NCBI GenBank assembly: GCA_028534125.1
Contig: CM052816.1
Span: 372,001-436,000, forward strand
Origin: Lama glama
Lineage: Eukaryota
Direction of reading: 5' to 3'
Length of the DNA: 64,000 bases
Positions within the stretch are counted from its first letter, which is position 1. Each line of letters starts with the position of its first letter. Under the pieces are notes generated by a model. The model was given only the letters and a program-made list of their open reading frames with translations, did not search any database and was not told the DNA's origin. Positions 36,791-49,362 of the stretch are shown piece by piece. The translations under genes and the position numbers were made by a program.

Positions 36791-39700
36791 GTAAGTGCCT
36801 GTGCGGCCAGCCTCCGCCTGGGCTGGCCCCTCCACGTGCCTGGGCAGGGCCAGGTAGGGTGAAACCCATCGGCCCCTCCAATCAGAGCACACTTCCTGGA
36901 GGGGGTTAAGCAAGGGCTGAGGAGGGGCTGAGGAGGTCTAGAGGCAAGCACTGGTTCCCAGTCCCTGACTGGAGCGGGGCTGGGGGGGCAGGGGGAGGGT
37001 GGGCTGTGAACCCAGAGCCTGGGAAAGGCTGGAGGGGCAGTCCTGGGGAGTGGAGGGCCTCCAAGCCCTGCTTACCATCCCTGGGGGCAGTAATGAGTGC
37101 ATATAAAGGCCAGACGTGGGCCCGGAGCAGCCCGCCAGGCAGTGGTCAGAGAGGTCGCATCGGAGGGTGACAGGGACTGTCGGAGGGGTGGTTCCACAGA
37201 AGCAGCCTGCTGGGTCCCAGCTTGACCCCTGGGGGAAGGAGCAGGTGTCAGGGCCTGACCCCTCCACACCAGGCAGGGCTGGCTGTAGAAAGGACAGAAA
37301 ACTGTGGCTTGGCCTCCCTGGCCTGGCCTGGCCTGAGCCAGGCTGGGAGGGGTCTGGGCTGCAGAATGGCCTCATTCGGGAGCAGCGTGCTCCTGGGCAG
37401 GAGGTGAAGTGTGGTAAGATGTGCGACGCCTCCACTCACACTTGGGTCCAGAGTCCCAGCGGAGCCCAGGCCAGGATGGCCAGGATGGAGGGGAAGGCAC
37501 CTGGTGTCCGTCCTGGTCCTGCTCAGTCCTGAGAGCAGCCTTACAGGCCTTGCAGGGCAGGCTGCAGCCCCAGGGAGAGTTTCTCCCAGTCTGAACTGCC
37601 TCACCCAGCAAAGGGCTGCGAGACAAATAGTGAGCCTCCCATCCTTGGGAGCATGCAAGCAGAAGCTGCGCCAATGCCTGGTGGAGCTGCACCTCTTACA
37701 GTAGGATGGGTTGGGATGTGCGTCCTCCCGAGTCCCTGAAAGTTGGCTTCCGTGATGCCGTGAGCCACCGGAACCAGTCCCTCCCAGGGTCCAACGTCCA
37801 GGAGCTGTTGTCCGTCTAGACCCTTGCAGAGCTGGCTATCTGGCGCCAGGAGCTTGGCCTCGGGGCCTTTGATGCCTTCTAGGGCACGGGTCTTGTTCCT
37901 CACCACCCAGGGGGCGCGGGTCGAGCTGGTTCCCACCAGAGGCTCCCATGACATCTGCCAAAACTGTTTGCTTCCTGCCACGTGGCATCTTACGTCGGGC
38001 ACAGCAGGGCCCTGCCAGCACCTCGGCACTCCCTCCTGGCTGGTGACAAAACACCCTTCAGAGCCATTCAATTCGTTGTCACGATGGGTCTCTGTCAACG
38101 TCCTGTGGCTGTAGGATCTGGAGGAGGGGCAGCCCACCCATGCCGGAAGTGGCGTCTGTGCCCCGCGAGGCCAGAAGTCCAGTCCTCACAGACGCCGAAA
38201 TTTGGAGCCTGCCGCCTCCTGCTTCCTAACCCTACCCTGCCGCTTCCTCTTTAACCCCGTGGCTCTACAGCCGGAATGGGCCCTGGCTGGCCCTGTGGGA
38301 CGGGGCGCTGCCCCCTTGCTTGTGAGACTGCGCAGGGCCAGGCGCCCCGCTTTGCACGACTGCACCCCTTCCATGATTGCCAGTACTCAGCAGGGCCCAG
38401 AGCCCATCAGGGGGCAGATGAGGTCAGGAGCAAAGGTGCCAGGGGTGTAGCAGCCCCACAGGTGCCCTGGCCACCACCCTCAGAAGCAACAGAATGAGGT
38501 CCCCATCATGGAAGATACAGGAAAGGATACAGGAAACTCGGCCTCTGGACCCAAGTTAGCCAACACACAAGGCATTAGGCTGGAGCACGTTCTCTCTCCC
38601 AGTGGGCTCCCCTCTCTCCAGGAGGCAGCTTGCACAAGCACACTCACACATGTGCATGCACACATACAGACCCATGGGTGCACATATGCATGCACACACA
38701 TGCTCAGTAAATGGGGTTCCCAGGCGCCATACAGACACGTTTGGTACATTTCATTTATGTGCACCTCATAGGAGACAAGGTTAAAAGACTCATGATCATC
38801 TAGGGAAATCCTTTATGTGGCACTGCCACAAAGCAGAAAAATCCCACAGACCAGAAACTAGGAGGCTGTGTGCCCCAGGCCATGCCACTTGACTTTTCTG
38901 AGCTTCACACCGCACCCCCCCCTTCCCAATTTTCCCTACAGGATGGTGAGAAGGGTTGTTGAGATGTCTGTGTGCTGGTAGCTGGTGGGCTGCCTGCTGT
39001 CCAGCTGGGCAGGCTGAGAGGGACATCTCTGTGCCCAGCCTGACCCTGTCCAGAAGCTGCAGGGGAAGAGGCCTCGAGATGGTGGGAGTAGGTTCTCCCA
39101 GGTCTGGGATGAGTCCCGTCCTGTCTCTGGGATGTGGGTCCCCTATCAGCAAATGGGAGCCACAGGACCTATCCTGCTGGCTCCAGGGTGCTCCTAACAG
39201 ACCTAGGTTTCCCAGCTCACTCAGAGCTCAGGACCCTGCTCCGGCATCCTCCGATTGCTCCCAAAGGGACTTCCGTGGCCTCATGCCACAGAACTCAGAT
39301 GCGCTGCCCCCAGGACTCAGGGTCATTCTCCCCTGGAGAGATGTCCTTTGGTCTTTAGAATTGTTTTGTGAAATAGGCATTAGCCATCCCGGTCCCAGCT
39401 TGGCGGCCAGTGTACCATGCAGCCACAGGCCATTCCTTTCCCCTCTCTAGGCCGTGTTCCTATGACAAGGGGAACTTCAGGCCTAACAAATTCACAGGGC
39501 CCCCTGGGCACACAGGCTGATGGAAATGCTGGGATTTCTCTGTGGGCAGCTTAGACAGGGCCCTTATTCTCCCCAAAGCTCCTGTAGGACCCTCAAGAGG
39601 GACAGGGGTTCTACCCTCCCATGGGACGCATTGTTGCCACCATCCCTTATCCCCCAAGCCATTCAGTGTTGTCACTTCCATTTCGAAGAGGAGAGACCTG

Positions 39701-39864
39701 GGACTCTAAGCTGAGATGTTCCTCCCAGGGGCACACAGTCAGGCACGGCTTGATCCAGCGCCCTATACTGAGCAGGCTCCTACACTGCCATGCCACTCAG
39801 AGTGCTCAGCCCCTGAGCACTGGCTGGTCTGTAACCCTCGCTGTTCCAACTGTTTTCTTTGTAG

Positions 39865-39907
39865 TCACTGAGCAGGAGACTAAAGTCCCCAAGAAAACCG
39901 TCATCAT
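39865..39907 (+). CDS. OBSCN: obscurin-A-specific 43-nt exon (VTEQETKVPKKTVII)
   Basis: ctttgtag|TC...AT|gtaagt, phase 1-2, bridges in frame to 42854. Confidence 0.9.
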
Positions 39908-40317
39908 GTAAGTGCAGGCGTGTTCCTAACTTCCCTTCTGACTGCAGTGCCCCCCTGCATGCCCCACTAACCTGCCTGCACCTTGCCTGTGTAGCCTGGC
40001 CACTTGGCTTGTCTGACTGCTTGCCCACATGACCTTTGCTCACTACGCAGACTGCCAGCACCTTTCAGACACGCCCAGGGAATCCACCTCCCTCTGGGAC
40101 CTTGGCTCCCTTCACACTTCAAAGCTGTCTCTTCCAGAGTCTAGGTACCCTCTCCATGGCCCCGCTGCCCCAGCAGCATAGACCTACACTGTGCGCTTCA
40201 CAGTGGCTCACCCTGGGCTCGGACCCAGGGTCGCACCAGTTAGGGGGAGCTGGGGTTAAAAGCTGCTTTCCGCAGCATGCTAGAGGCAGCACGCGGTCCT
40301 TCAGCACTCTAGGATCC

Positions 40318-40518
40318 AGGGCACTGTCCCAGAGAACTTTCTGTGCTGATGGAAACAATCTACATTCACACTGCTCGCTACAGCAGCCACTAGCTGCATG
40401 TGGCCATTGAGCATTTAGATGGGTCCAGTGTGACCCAAGAACTAAATTTGTCAATTTATTTAATTTTTGTTCATTTGAATTTAATTAAAATAGTGTACCA
40501 TAATGAACAGCACAGCCC
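40318..40518. mobile_element. MER3-like hAT-Charlie DNA transposon
   Basis: CTGTCC..AGAACTTTCTGTG.TGATGGAAA..GCAGCCACTAGC..CATGTGGC..ACAGCACAG, CTAG-containing flanks. Confidence 0.75.
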
Positions 40519-42853
40519 TAGGACTGTAGGACGTCCCCAGGCCCAGCCGTCATGTTAGGAAGATGGGAAAACTGAGATTCCGAGAAGAGACGAGGCTGGC
40601 TCAGGGTGGCTCACAGCCGAAGCCAGCTGAGAACTCCTTTTCCTGTGCCATATTCCCTGTGCCATTCTTCATCCATCAGTACCCTCAAGTCTGAGGAAAA
40701 GCCACACAGGTAGTTGATAATTAAATGCAAGAGGTCTGGAGAGCTAGGTGAACCCAGAGGAGGAGAGAGGATTGGTTTTGACCTGGGTCATCTGGAAGGC
40801 TTTTCCCATAGGCAATGTGTGCAGGTGGGTGGGTAGAGAATGCTATTTCCAGACGAGTTGATGAGATCCTGGGTTCGCCCTCCTGTGGCTTTCTCCATTC
40901 TCCCACCCAGAGCAGACCGCTACCCCACCATACATGGGGCTACCTGGGACAGAAGTGTGTGCCAGCGCTGGAGATATGCCACCCTGCCAGAGCCTTTACA
41001 CAGATCAGCCCCACATTTCAGCCATGAAGGGAGCATTGTCATTATCTACATTTTATGGAGGAGAATGGAGGAGCAGAGGTGGGGCCAGGCCAGCCGCACT
41101 GCGGAGGCATTAGAGAGCATCACGCTTGTGGGCAGCTGGACCAGGTCCCTCGTCAGGCTTCCTGAAATGCTGTCTATGCCAGGCTTAGAGAGGTAGCCAG
41201 GAAGAGTGTACTCCCTCCCCTTGAGGAACAGAGAGAGGCAGCTGCCTGGCCCAGCATCCCTGCCAAGGGCACACCACACAATGAGAGGCTGTGGGGAGCC
41301 AAGGGGTACCAGAAGGAAACAGGACTTGGAGAGAGACCCCTGCCCGTTGTCTCAGGGCACAATGTCTACACACCCTCATGAGGCCAGCATAGCCCAGCAT
41401 CAGGGTGCATTTAGGAGATGCGATGCAGCTGCCCATTTGCACTGGATTCACTGTCCTGCCTCAGCAAATTAGTCCTCATGGGGCCACCAGATGGGGCCAT
41501 GCCCAGGTTCCCCTGATGTTTGTGCAGTCTCTGAGCCAGGGACAAGCCTAATGCCACTGAGCCTTGTGTGAAGCAGGAAGGCAGGCCCGCGGCCCTGAGT
41601 AGGCTACGTCTCCAAGCCTCAGCTTCCCCGTCAGTTAAGTGGGCACAGCATTTCCCCTTTACCAGGTGAGGACCAGAGGAGGCAGGGTCTGTAACTGCCG
41701 TGTACCCTGAGGTGCGGCCATACATCTCTGGGCCCGTGCCTGAGATTAACTACTCCCCAGTGGAGCCGTGAGTCAGACAGAAGCAAAGCTGAACAGGACA
41801 GAGACAAAGTCCAAGTCATTTCAGGCAGCTGGTGACAGCACTGAGTTGCCTGCCAGGTCTCTCGGCCTGAGCCCAAGAGGAAATACAGGTCCTGGGACCC
41901 AGGAAAGCTGTGTGTTACTCAGGGGCTGTTTGTTACTCAGTGCATTCCTGCTCCCTGCCTATTACTCATTTCACCCTCAATACCTGGCAAGGTTAGGGTC
42001 TCTGGTTGGCAGAGTGGCAGGCTTCTGACTCTTGGCTCTGGGCACGTTTCAGGTCCTTTTCAGCCTTGTTGTCCATACCTGGATTGCTGCAAGGTCCCTG
42101 GCCAGCACCCCATGCATGCTCACGTGCAAATGGCCTTGAGTTCTGTCTCCTCTCCCCCTTCCATTCCCCTCTCGTTTGGGGAAATGGAGCCCAAGGAAGA
42201 GAAGGGCTTGTCTGAGGTCATGCAGCCCATGATGGCTGAGCCATGCCCAGAGCCAGGTGTCCTTGAAGGGCCTCACACCCCCAGACCGAGAGGCCAGGAA
42301 CACAGACCACAGGTCAAGATCCCAGCCATCCTCCTGCACCTGCACCAGCAGCATCGGCTGCCCAGCCTGTCCCTAACCAAGGATCACTGAGGTGCCTGCC
42401 CTCTGAGCGCTCCCAGTGCTAACCACTGCCCCACCATCCTCCCGCCATGATACAAAGCACAAAACCCTAGTAGGATCAACCAGGAGGGCCGTGTCCCTGC
42501 ACCCCTGTCCGTTAGCTCTGTAACGAGGGCTGGTGCCTTCAAAATGAGACAGCCGCGGACAGGGCGGGGAGACTGGCCCCGTCTGGGGTTTGGAGGCACC
42601 TGTGTGATGCAGCACGGGCCTCCTCCAGCACCATGACTCTCGTATTGAGATCCGTGCACCCAGAGCCCGATGTTGGCCAGATGGGGCTTTGTGCTTTGTT
42701 TCTTTGGCTGGCGATCCTGGGGATCAGGCTCGAGCACGCATAGATGTTTGTTTATGCAATGTCACCACGCGCTTGCTGGTACACTAACCCCGATCTCTTG
42801 CGCTGGCCCCCGGCACGTGCTGTGCCCATCTCCTCTCGGCCCTCTCCCCACAG

Positions 42854-43979
42854 AGAGGAGACCATTACCACTGTGGTGAAGAGCCCCCGTGGCCGACGCC
42901 AGTCCCCCAGCAAGTCTCCCTCCCGCCCCTGTCACCCTGCCAGCCTGCCCAGGCCGGGCCTCCTGGCCCCTGAGCTGCTGCAGTCGCCGGCCGCCAGCCA
43001 ACCCTGCCGGCCCGAGGCAGAGGCAGGCTGGAGGCCCACCGTGCCCGCGCTGTACGTGACGGAGCCTGAGGCCCAGGCGCCGGCCCTGCGCGGGAGCGCC
43101 GGGCCCCAGCCCAAGTGGGTGGAGGTCGAAGAGACGATCGAAGTCCGGGTGAAGAAGACGGGCCCAAGGGGTGCGTCTCTGGCCAGAGAGACACCTGGCA
43201 GCTCGGAGGGGCTTCATTTCACACTGCCGGGCAGGATGCCTGGAGAAGACCCCAACACAAACAACTCCAACAACAAGCAGGTGGCACAGGACACCCCGGC
43301 CACGGTCGATGTTGGCGAGCCCCTAGTCTTCCACGTGGAAACAGGGCCAGAGACCCCTGGGCTGTCCCCTCCCTGGGCCACTGAGGAGGAGGACCCCCTG
43401 GAGGAGAAGGAGGGAAGGAGTACCTACCAAATGGAGGAGCCCCTGGGTGCCGATGGCCTTCAGGGCCGTGACCCCAAGATCCTCACACACCACGGCCGTG
43501 TGCTCACATTGGCTGACCTGGAGGATTACGTGCCGCAGGAAGGGGAGACCTTTGGCTGCAGCGGTCCCGTGTCCAGTGCTCCTGATGACCCGCCCTGTGA
43601 GATCTCAGTGCTTCAGAGAGAGATCAGCGAGCCCACTGTGGGGCAGCCCATCCTGCTCAATGTGGGGCGCCCTCCAGGCTCCCAAGGCTCTCCCGGCTTC
43701 TTCAGCCGCGTGCCCAGGCCCCCGGAGGCGTCTCCATTGGGGCCGCAGGTCCTCGGCCCTGCGGGCATCTCCTTCTGCTTGCGGGAAACCCGGGCTGGAG
43801 GTGCCACGTCCCGGAAGCCGTCCTTCTGCACTCACGTCCAGCGCTCTGTGGACAGTGGCCAGAGCAGCTTCAAAACAGAGGTTTCCACCCAGACTGTCGG
43901 CTTTGGGACGGTAGGGGAGACTGTCACCTTGCACATTTGCCCAGATGGGGATGAGGCCCCCGGCCCCTCCCAGGGCTGA
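42854..43979 (+). CDS. OBSCN: obscurin-A terminal exon with ankyrin-binding region
   Basis: EETITTVVKSP, KWVEVEETIEVRVKK (43113-43157), LTLADLEDYVP, stop TGA 43977-43979. Confidence 0.95.
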
Positions 43980-44706
43980 GGCAGAGACCCTCAGGAGCTG
44001 GGTGGCCGAGGCTGAGATGAGAGACTCTTGAGGCTGGGACACCCCTGACGCGGCTGTCATGGTCGCACGGGGGCAGCAGAAAGAAGGAAGTGGCTTTGGG
44101 TCTAGGACCCTGCCTAGCACCAGCGCCACCTTGCCTTGCAGCTGCCCTGGGTTTTCAGCTCAGGAGAGTCCCAAAGCCTGCACCCCTCGGACACGTGTGC
44201 TCTGACCCTCCCCCAGCTCTCCAACAACTCAGGGCTTGAGCCCACGCTGGGCACTTCCTACCTCACAGGACTTGATCTTCCGCTGAGGACATTACACACA
44301 CGTCTGTGATCTCGGAGTGTACTGAGGCCACTCCGCGAGCACAGGCTGGAGCGACTCGCAGACCACAGCTTGGGTTCGGGGTTCCAGACACAAGGAAGGC
44401 ACTTGGGCAGCTGTCCTGCACCATTCGCGAGGTGGTGGAGGCCATGTGGGCCCTGCCTGCCCCGGCTCAGGCCCCAGTCCCAGCGGTCAGTGCCAGCCCA
44501 GCCCTGCCTCTCACCCAGGCTGGGGTTCCCTGGCTGTCTCTCGGTGGGGGGCTTCCCCCAAGCCACATCTTACCCATGAACATTTTTCTTGGCCTCCAGG
44601 AGGCCCGTATGGGGCTCAGCTCTGCAGACCCTCCTGGGCCTTCTCTACAGGGTGGACCAGGGTCTCTGTGTGGGAACATCCCCCATCAGTCGACCCTGAT
44701 GATAAT

Positions 44707-44712
44707 AATAAA
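44707..44712 (+). terminator. OBSCN: poly(A) signal of obscurin-A
   Basis: AATAAA about 730 nt after the stop, followed by a T-rich downstream element. Confidence 0.8.
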
Positions 44713-45932
44713 GCGGTTCCTTGCACTGCCTTCGCTTTGCTCTTTTTTGCTTCTCTGCCTGGTGGCCCTGGCGACTTGGGAGACAGGGGCCCCTCCAGGC
44801 CTGGCCCTTAAGACTGAGTGGGCAGCCGAGGCCCCCTCCACTGGCAACCCAGCATTGACCTTGTGGGGTCTGGCCAGTCCTGGGGCTCCTGGGTGGAGGC
44901 GTGACAGTTCGCCTGCCCAGCTTGCTCCCACATGGGCGGAGGGGCTGGTCACAGGTGCACACGGCGTGATCAGGACAGCCCACAGTGACTGGTCCCTGTC
45001 TGCCTGGGACCGACAGGCCTTCCTGCCTCTTGTGCCACCAGGTCCTTTGTCAGGACAGGTGGAGGGGTGACGTGTCAGGGGTCCTGATGACCTGCTTGGA
45101 GAGGGTAAGGACAGGATGGTTGCCCCAGCGCCATAGAGGGCAGACAAACAGCAGCCTACCCAGTTGCCTCTGCAGCCTGGAGGACCCAAGCATACTGAAG
45201 ATCGACAAGAGGGTCTGGAGCAGGGGAGGGCTCCAGAAAGAGGGACCTGAGAAATGGAATTGCGGGCATCCCTGCTTGGCCACACAGGAGCTGGCAGCCA
45301 GGTGGAGAAGGGGGCTGCATTAGGGACTGAGGGCAAGCGCCAGGTGAGGGTGCAGTGGTCTGGGTCAGACCAAGCGGCTCATGGAGGGGAAAAGGCTGCT
45401 GGGAGGGGCGACAAGGGTTGCCCTGGGGGACCAGGAAAAAACCCCAACTTCTGACCATCTATTGGCCCCTGATTTGGCATCAGAGTGTCTCTAGCTTCCC
45501 TCGATTGTGGGACTGGGTTCACGTGGGCCTGGGCGGCCCAGCACACTGAGCTCCAGAGCAGGCTGCAGGGGAAGGCCAGCCCCAGAATAAAGGGATGGGA
45601 CTAGCTGAGACGGAGGGTCAGACCAGAGTGGAGAGAGGGTGTCCAGCCCCAGCTGCCCCTAGAGGCATCGACATTCTCACGAGGGCATCTGGGTGCCACC
45701 CTGGAAGAGGAACAGTCCTGGGCTTCCTGCTTAGAGTGCCACGTCTCCTGGCTCAGTCTCTGGACCCTTTTTTCTCCCAGGGGTCTCCACCTCCAGTACC
45801 TCCTGAACCCAGTGGGTGGCTGCGGGGAGGAAAGTGGGAAGGGTGGCTCGGGGTTGGCGCATATGGGCAGTCTCGCACTCCCTGGGACCAGGCCAGCTCT
45901 CACTCCTACACTTTGACCTGCCTCCCCCACAG

Positions 45933-46130
45933 ATGCTACTGTCCCACCCCCAGCTGCTCTGGAGCAAGCAGACCAGGAGACCACATCCATCCAGAGGACG
46001 CTGGTGTGCCCGGAGTCTCCAGGACCCTCCGCAGGGGACCAGCCCAGCCCTGGCCCCAGACCCGGAGGCCCACCTGAAGTCCAGGAGGCCGGCCCGAAGC
46101 CCCCAGGCACAGAGGCTGCAGAAGCACCTG
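45933..46130 (+). CDS. OBSCN: first obscurin-B-specific exon (..ALEQADQETTS...EAP)
   Basis: 198 nt, phase 1-1; alternative in-frame acceptor at 45954. Confidence 0.75.
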
Positions 46131-46479
46131 GTGAGGCAGTGGCAGCAGGCTGAAGGCAAAGTACTACCTGTTTCCAGGACCACCCCCCTTCCCCTAACTG
46201 CCCCTCTGTTCTGACACCAACCTTGGTCACTGTGGGCGCCCATTTTGGGTGAACTGGCAGAGCCCTGGGGACCCCCAACATTCTGATGGTTCCACACACT
46301 GGGAGGCGGGGGCTGGACAAGGCCCACCCCTCGCACAGCCTATGAAGCCAGGCAAGAGTATGGGTTCTGGGGGGGATGGAGGGTCCTTCCCCACCCCGAG
46401 CATGTCTGTCCCCAGAGCCAGAGGCCTACTGTGGTCGGCCCTCAGCAGACAGCTTGGGTACCCTATGTTCCTGGGAAGG

Positions 46480-46710
46480 TGATGGGCAGGGGGAGGAGGA
46501 GAGGGGACAGATGGAGTGGGAGAGGAGGGTTGTGAGGTTGGGGAGAAGAAGTGGGAGGAAGGAGAGTGGGGAGGAAGAAGAGGCGGAGGAGGGGAGAGAG
46601 AAGGGAAAGATGGGGAGAAGGGAAAGGGAAAGAGAAGGCAGAAATAGGTGGGGGGAGGAGGAGAAAAAAGATGCAGAATAGGAGAAGGGGGAGGCAGGTA
46701 GGAAGGAGCA
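46480..46710. repeat. GA-rich polypurine tract
   Basis: almost only G/A on the + strand. Confidence 0.85.
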
Positions 46711-46938
46711 GCAGGGAGCTGCCAGTGCCCCAGGCAGACCAGGCCCCTGGGGATGCTGCTGTGGGCCGCTCCTCCTAGGCCCAGGGGGCCGAGGTGCATG
46801 TGCATGATGCGGACCCTGTGCACCTGAGGCCCCGGCGCTACATGGTCCCGCTCTCTGAGCTCTGAAGGTCGATGCAGTGACATATCTTGAGGGACAGTCC
46901 CCAGGCTCCATCTCACTGGGCCCCTTGCCTCCCCCTAG

Positions 46939-47035
46939 GCGAGCCCCAGGCGGTGCCGCGAGCTCTCCCCAGTAAGGGCCTGGAGCAGGACTCACGGGCC
47001 CACACTGAGGCCCAGGAACGCATTGTGCCCATCCG
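46939..47035 (+). CDS. OBSCN: obscurin-B exon (...AQERIVPIR)
   Basis: 97 nt, phase 1-2. Confidence 0.8.
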
Positions 47036-47345
47036 GTAACTTCCCCAGCTCGCTGGGGGATGAGGGGTCATCCCGGGGGGCAGGAGAGTAAGGGGTGGGG
47101 TCACAGCACGCCTGCACTCTCCTTGCCAGCCCAAGGGCAGGGCAAGGAGGAGAGGCCACCCTTGGGGCAAGCACCCTCTTCATCCAGCACTGGGGGCCCC
47201 TGTCTGTACATCCCCTCTGAAAGAGTCTGCTGCAGTCCCCTGGGTGGAGGCAGGGCAAGACCCCTATCTTATCATGAAGCTCTGCCACCCTCGCTCCAAA
47301 AGTGGAAGGTAGGGGCAGACGGCTAATTCCGCTCCGTGGTCCCAG

Positions 47346-47467
47346 GATGGAGGGCGCTGCCTGGCCCCCGGCAGGTGCAACAGAGCTCTGGGACATCCAC
47401 AGCCACGTGTTCACAGAGACCACGCACAGGACTTTTGTGTACCAGGCCAGCGATACGGGTGCCGCAA
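47346..47467 (+). CDS. OBSCN: obscurin-B exon (MEGAAWP..LWDIHSHV..)
   Basis: 122 nt, phase 2-1. Confidence 0.85.
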
Positions 47468-48016
47468 GTAGGTGGGGGTGCAGCAGGTTAGAGTGTGCCT
47501 GCTCTGTCCTGGGCTAGGGGGACATTTGCATGCAGGGGCCTGCACAGCCACCTGGCATGTCCCAACCTCACTGTGGCCAGGGCCCCTGCTGCTGCTCGCA
47601 CTGTGTCCCCTGTCCCCTCAGAGGGCATCACTGATAGGGGAGAGGCCGACCTTGATGCCGGATCCCTTTTCCCCACTCATGGTTGCATGTTCTGTGTAGC
47701 CTGCCATCAGAGAGCCAAGGTTGAAGCAGGAGAGACAGAGGTTAGACTGAAGGAAGCACTTCCTAACCGTCAGGGGCCTGGGGGGAGTCAGGAAGGGGTT
47801 GCCTTCACTTGGGAGGCAGGTGAGCTCTTTCACCCTGGGGCGTATCTCAGGGGCTCCCTGCCCACCTAGGGCACCAGGACACAGCTGGGGTGCTGCCAGC
47901 CCACCCGGAGCTGGGTCTTTGTGACTGCAGGCCGGGGATGGAAGACTTCAACACGGGACAGGCTGTGGTGGGGCACAGCCTGGCCTCTTCCCATGGGCTC
48001 CCTCCCCCACCCCCAG

Positions 48017-48129
48017 GGCCCCCATCCATGCAGGTCACCATTGAGGATGTACAGGCCCAGAGGGGTGGCACAGCGCAGTTCCAGGCTGTCATTGAGGGCA
48101 GCCCGCAGCCCACGGTGACCTGGTACAAG
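48017..48129 (+). CDS. OBSCN: pre-kinase Ig exon, first part (PPSMQVTIEDV...WYK)
   Basis: 113 nt, phase 1-0. Confidence 0.92.
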
Positions 48130-48287
48130 GTAGGGACAGGCCTGGGGTGGGGGCCTGCCTGAGGGGGTAGGGAGCATGTGAAACTCCCACTGCACTGGGC
48201 ACAGCGCCCACTGAAGGTCAGGCTGGGCCGTCATTCTGGGGTCCCCCACGGTGGGCTGACAGCCTCCCTGCCCTCCTATGTCTCCAG

Positions 48288-48456
48288 GACAGCGTCCAGC
48301 TGGTGGATAATCCCCGACTCAGCCAGCAACAGGAAGGGACCACATACTCTCTGGTGCTAAGGGACGTAGCCCAGCATGACGCTGGTGTCTACACATGCCT
48401 GGCCCGCAACGCTGGTGGCCAGGTCCTGTGCAAGGCAGAGCTGCTGGTCCATGGGG
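48288..48456 (+). CDS. OBSCN: pre-kinase Ig exon, second part
   Basis: DSVQL..DAGVYTC..LLVHG, 169 nt, phase 0-1. Confidence 0.92.
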
Positions 48457-48639
48457 GTGAGTGGGGGACCCCCCTTCCGGGACCTGTCTCGGCTTCATGC
48501 AGGCCTGTAGGGCCATGGGTATAGGTGTTTCATGAGCTTGCACAGGGAGTTGCCCCAACAGACACTATAAAGTTGTCAGACAGGGTGACAAGGCAGTCAT
48601 CTTTGCTCACACCTACAGCTACCTCCTCCCTGGCTACAG

Positions 48640-48706
48640 GGGACAGTGAGCAAAGCTATCGGAGGAAACTGCACTCCTTCTACGAGGTCAAGGAGGAAAT
48701 TGGAAG
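48640..48706 (+). CDS. OBSCN: kinase 1 start (GDSEQSYRRKLHSFYEVKEEIG)
   Basis: 67 nt, phase 1-2; alternative in-frame acceptor at 48619. Confidence 0.85.
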
Positions 48707-49161
48707 GTATTCCTCCCCCTATTCCAGGCCCAGGAGCCCCGACCCTCCTGGAGCGCTGCCCCCTGGGGCCCACCATGCTCCCAGAGTCCCCAGAGCTCCC
48801 AGCCCCCTGCACCCCTACAATCTCCCCACCCTGGAGTGCCTGACTTCAGCACTCGCTCCCCCCCGCCCAGCTCAAGGAGAACTTGCCTCCCCTACCCTCG
48901 CCGTCTGGAGCCCCTGCCTCCTGCGAAACTCCACCTCTCAGGAGCCCCTTCCCCCAGAGTATCCACTGCCTTCCGGGAACTTCAGCCCCACCAGGACCCC
49001 GCCTCCCCCACTCCCAGCTCTGGCTCTTCCAGAGCCTTCCCTCTCAGGAACCCCGCCCCACGGGAGCCGTGTCCCCCAGGAGCCCGGCCCGAGGACCCCA
49101 GCCCTCTCCCCCTCCCCGGAGCCCCGACGCTCGTGCCCAGTGTGGGCTCCCCTCCTCCCAG

Positions 49162-49362
49162 GGGCGTGTTCGGCTTCGTGAAGAGGGTGCAGCACAAGGG
49201 CAACCAGATGTCCTGCGCCGCCAAGTTCATTCCCCTGCGGAGCAGGACGCGTGCCCAGGCCTATCGGGAGCGGGACATCCTAGTAGGGCTGAGTCACCCG
49301 CTGGTCACGGCGCTGCTGGACCAGTTTGAGACCCGCAAGACCCTGATCCTCATTCTGGAACT
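49162..49362 (+). CDS. OBSCN: kinase 1 exon (Gly loop, AAK, to LILILEL)
   Basis: GVFGFV..CAAKF, 201 nt, phase 2-2, donor GTATCC. Confidence 0.92.

Noticed and set aside
37102..37107. Intronic TATAAA as an internal promoter (also 48566-48571)
   Set aside because: An isolated hexamer without supporting evidence; expected by chance
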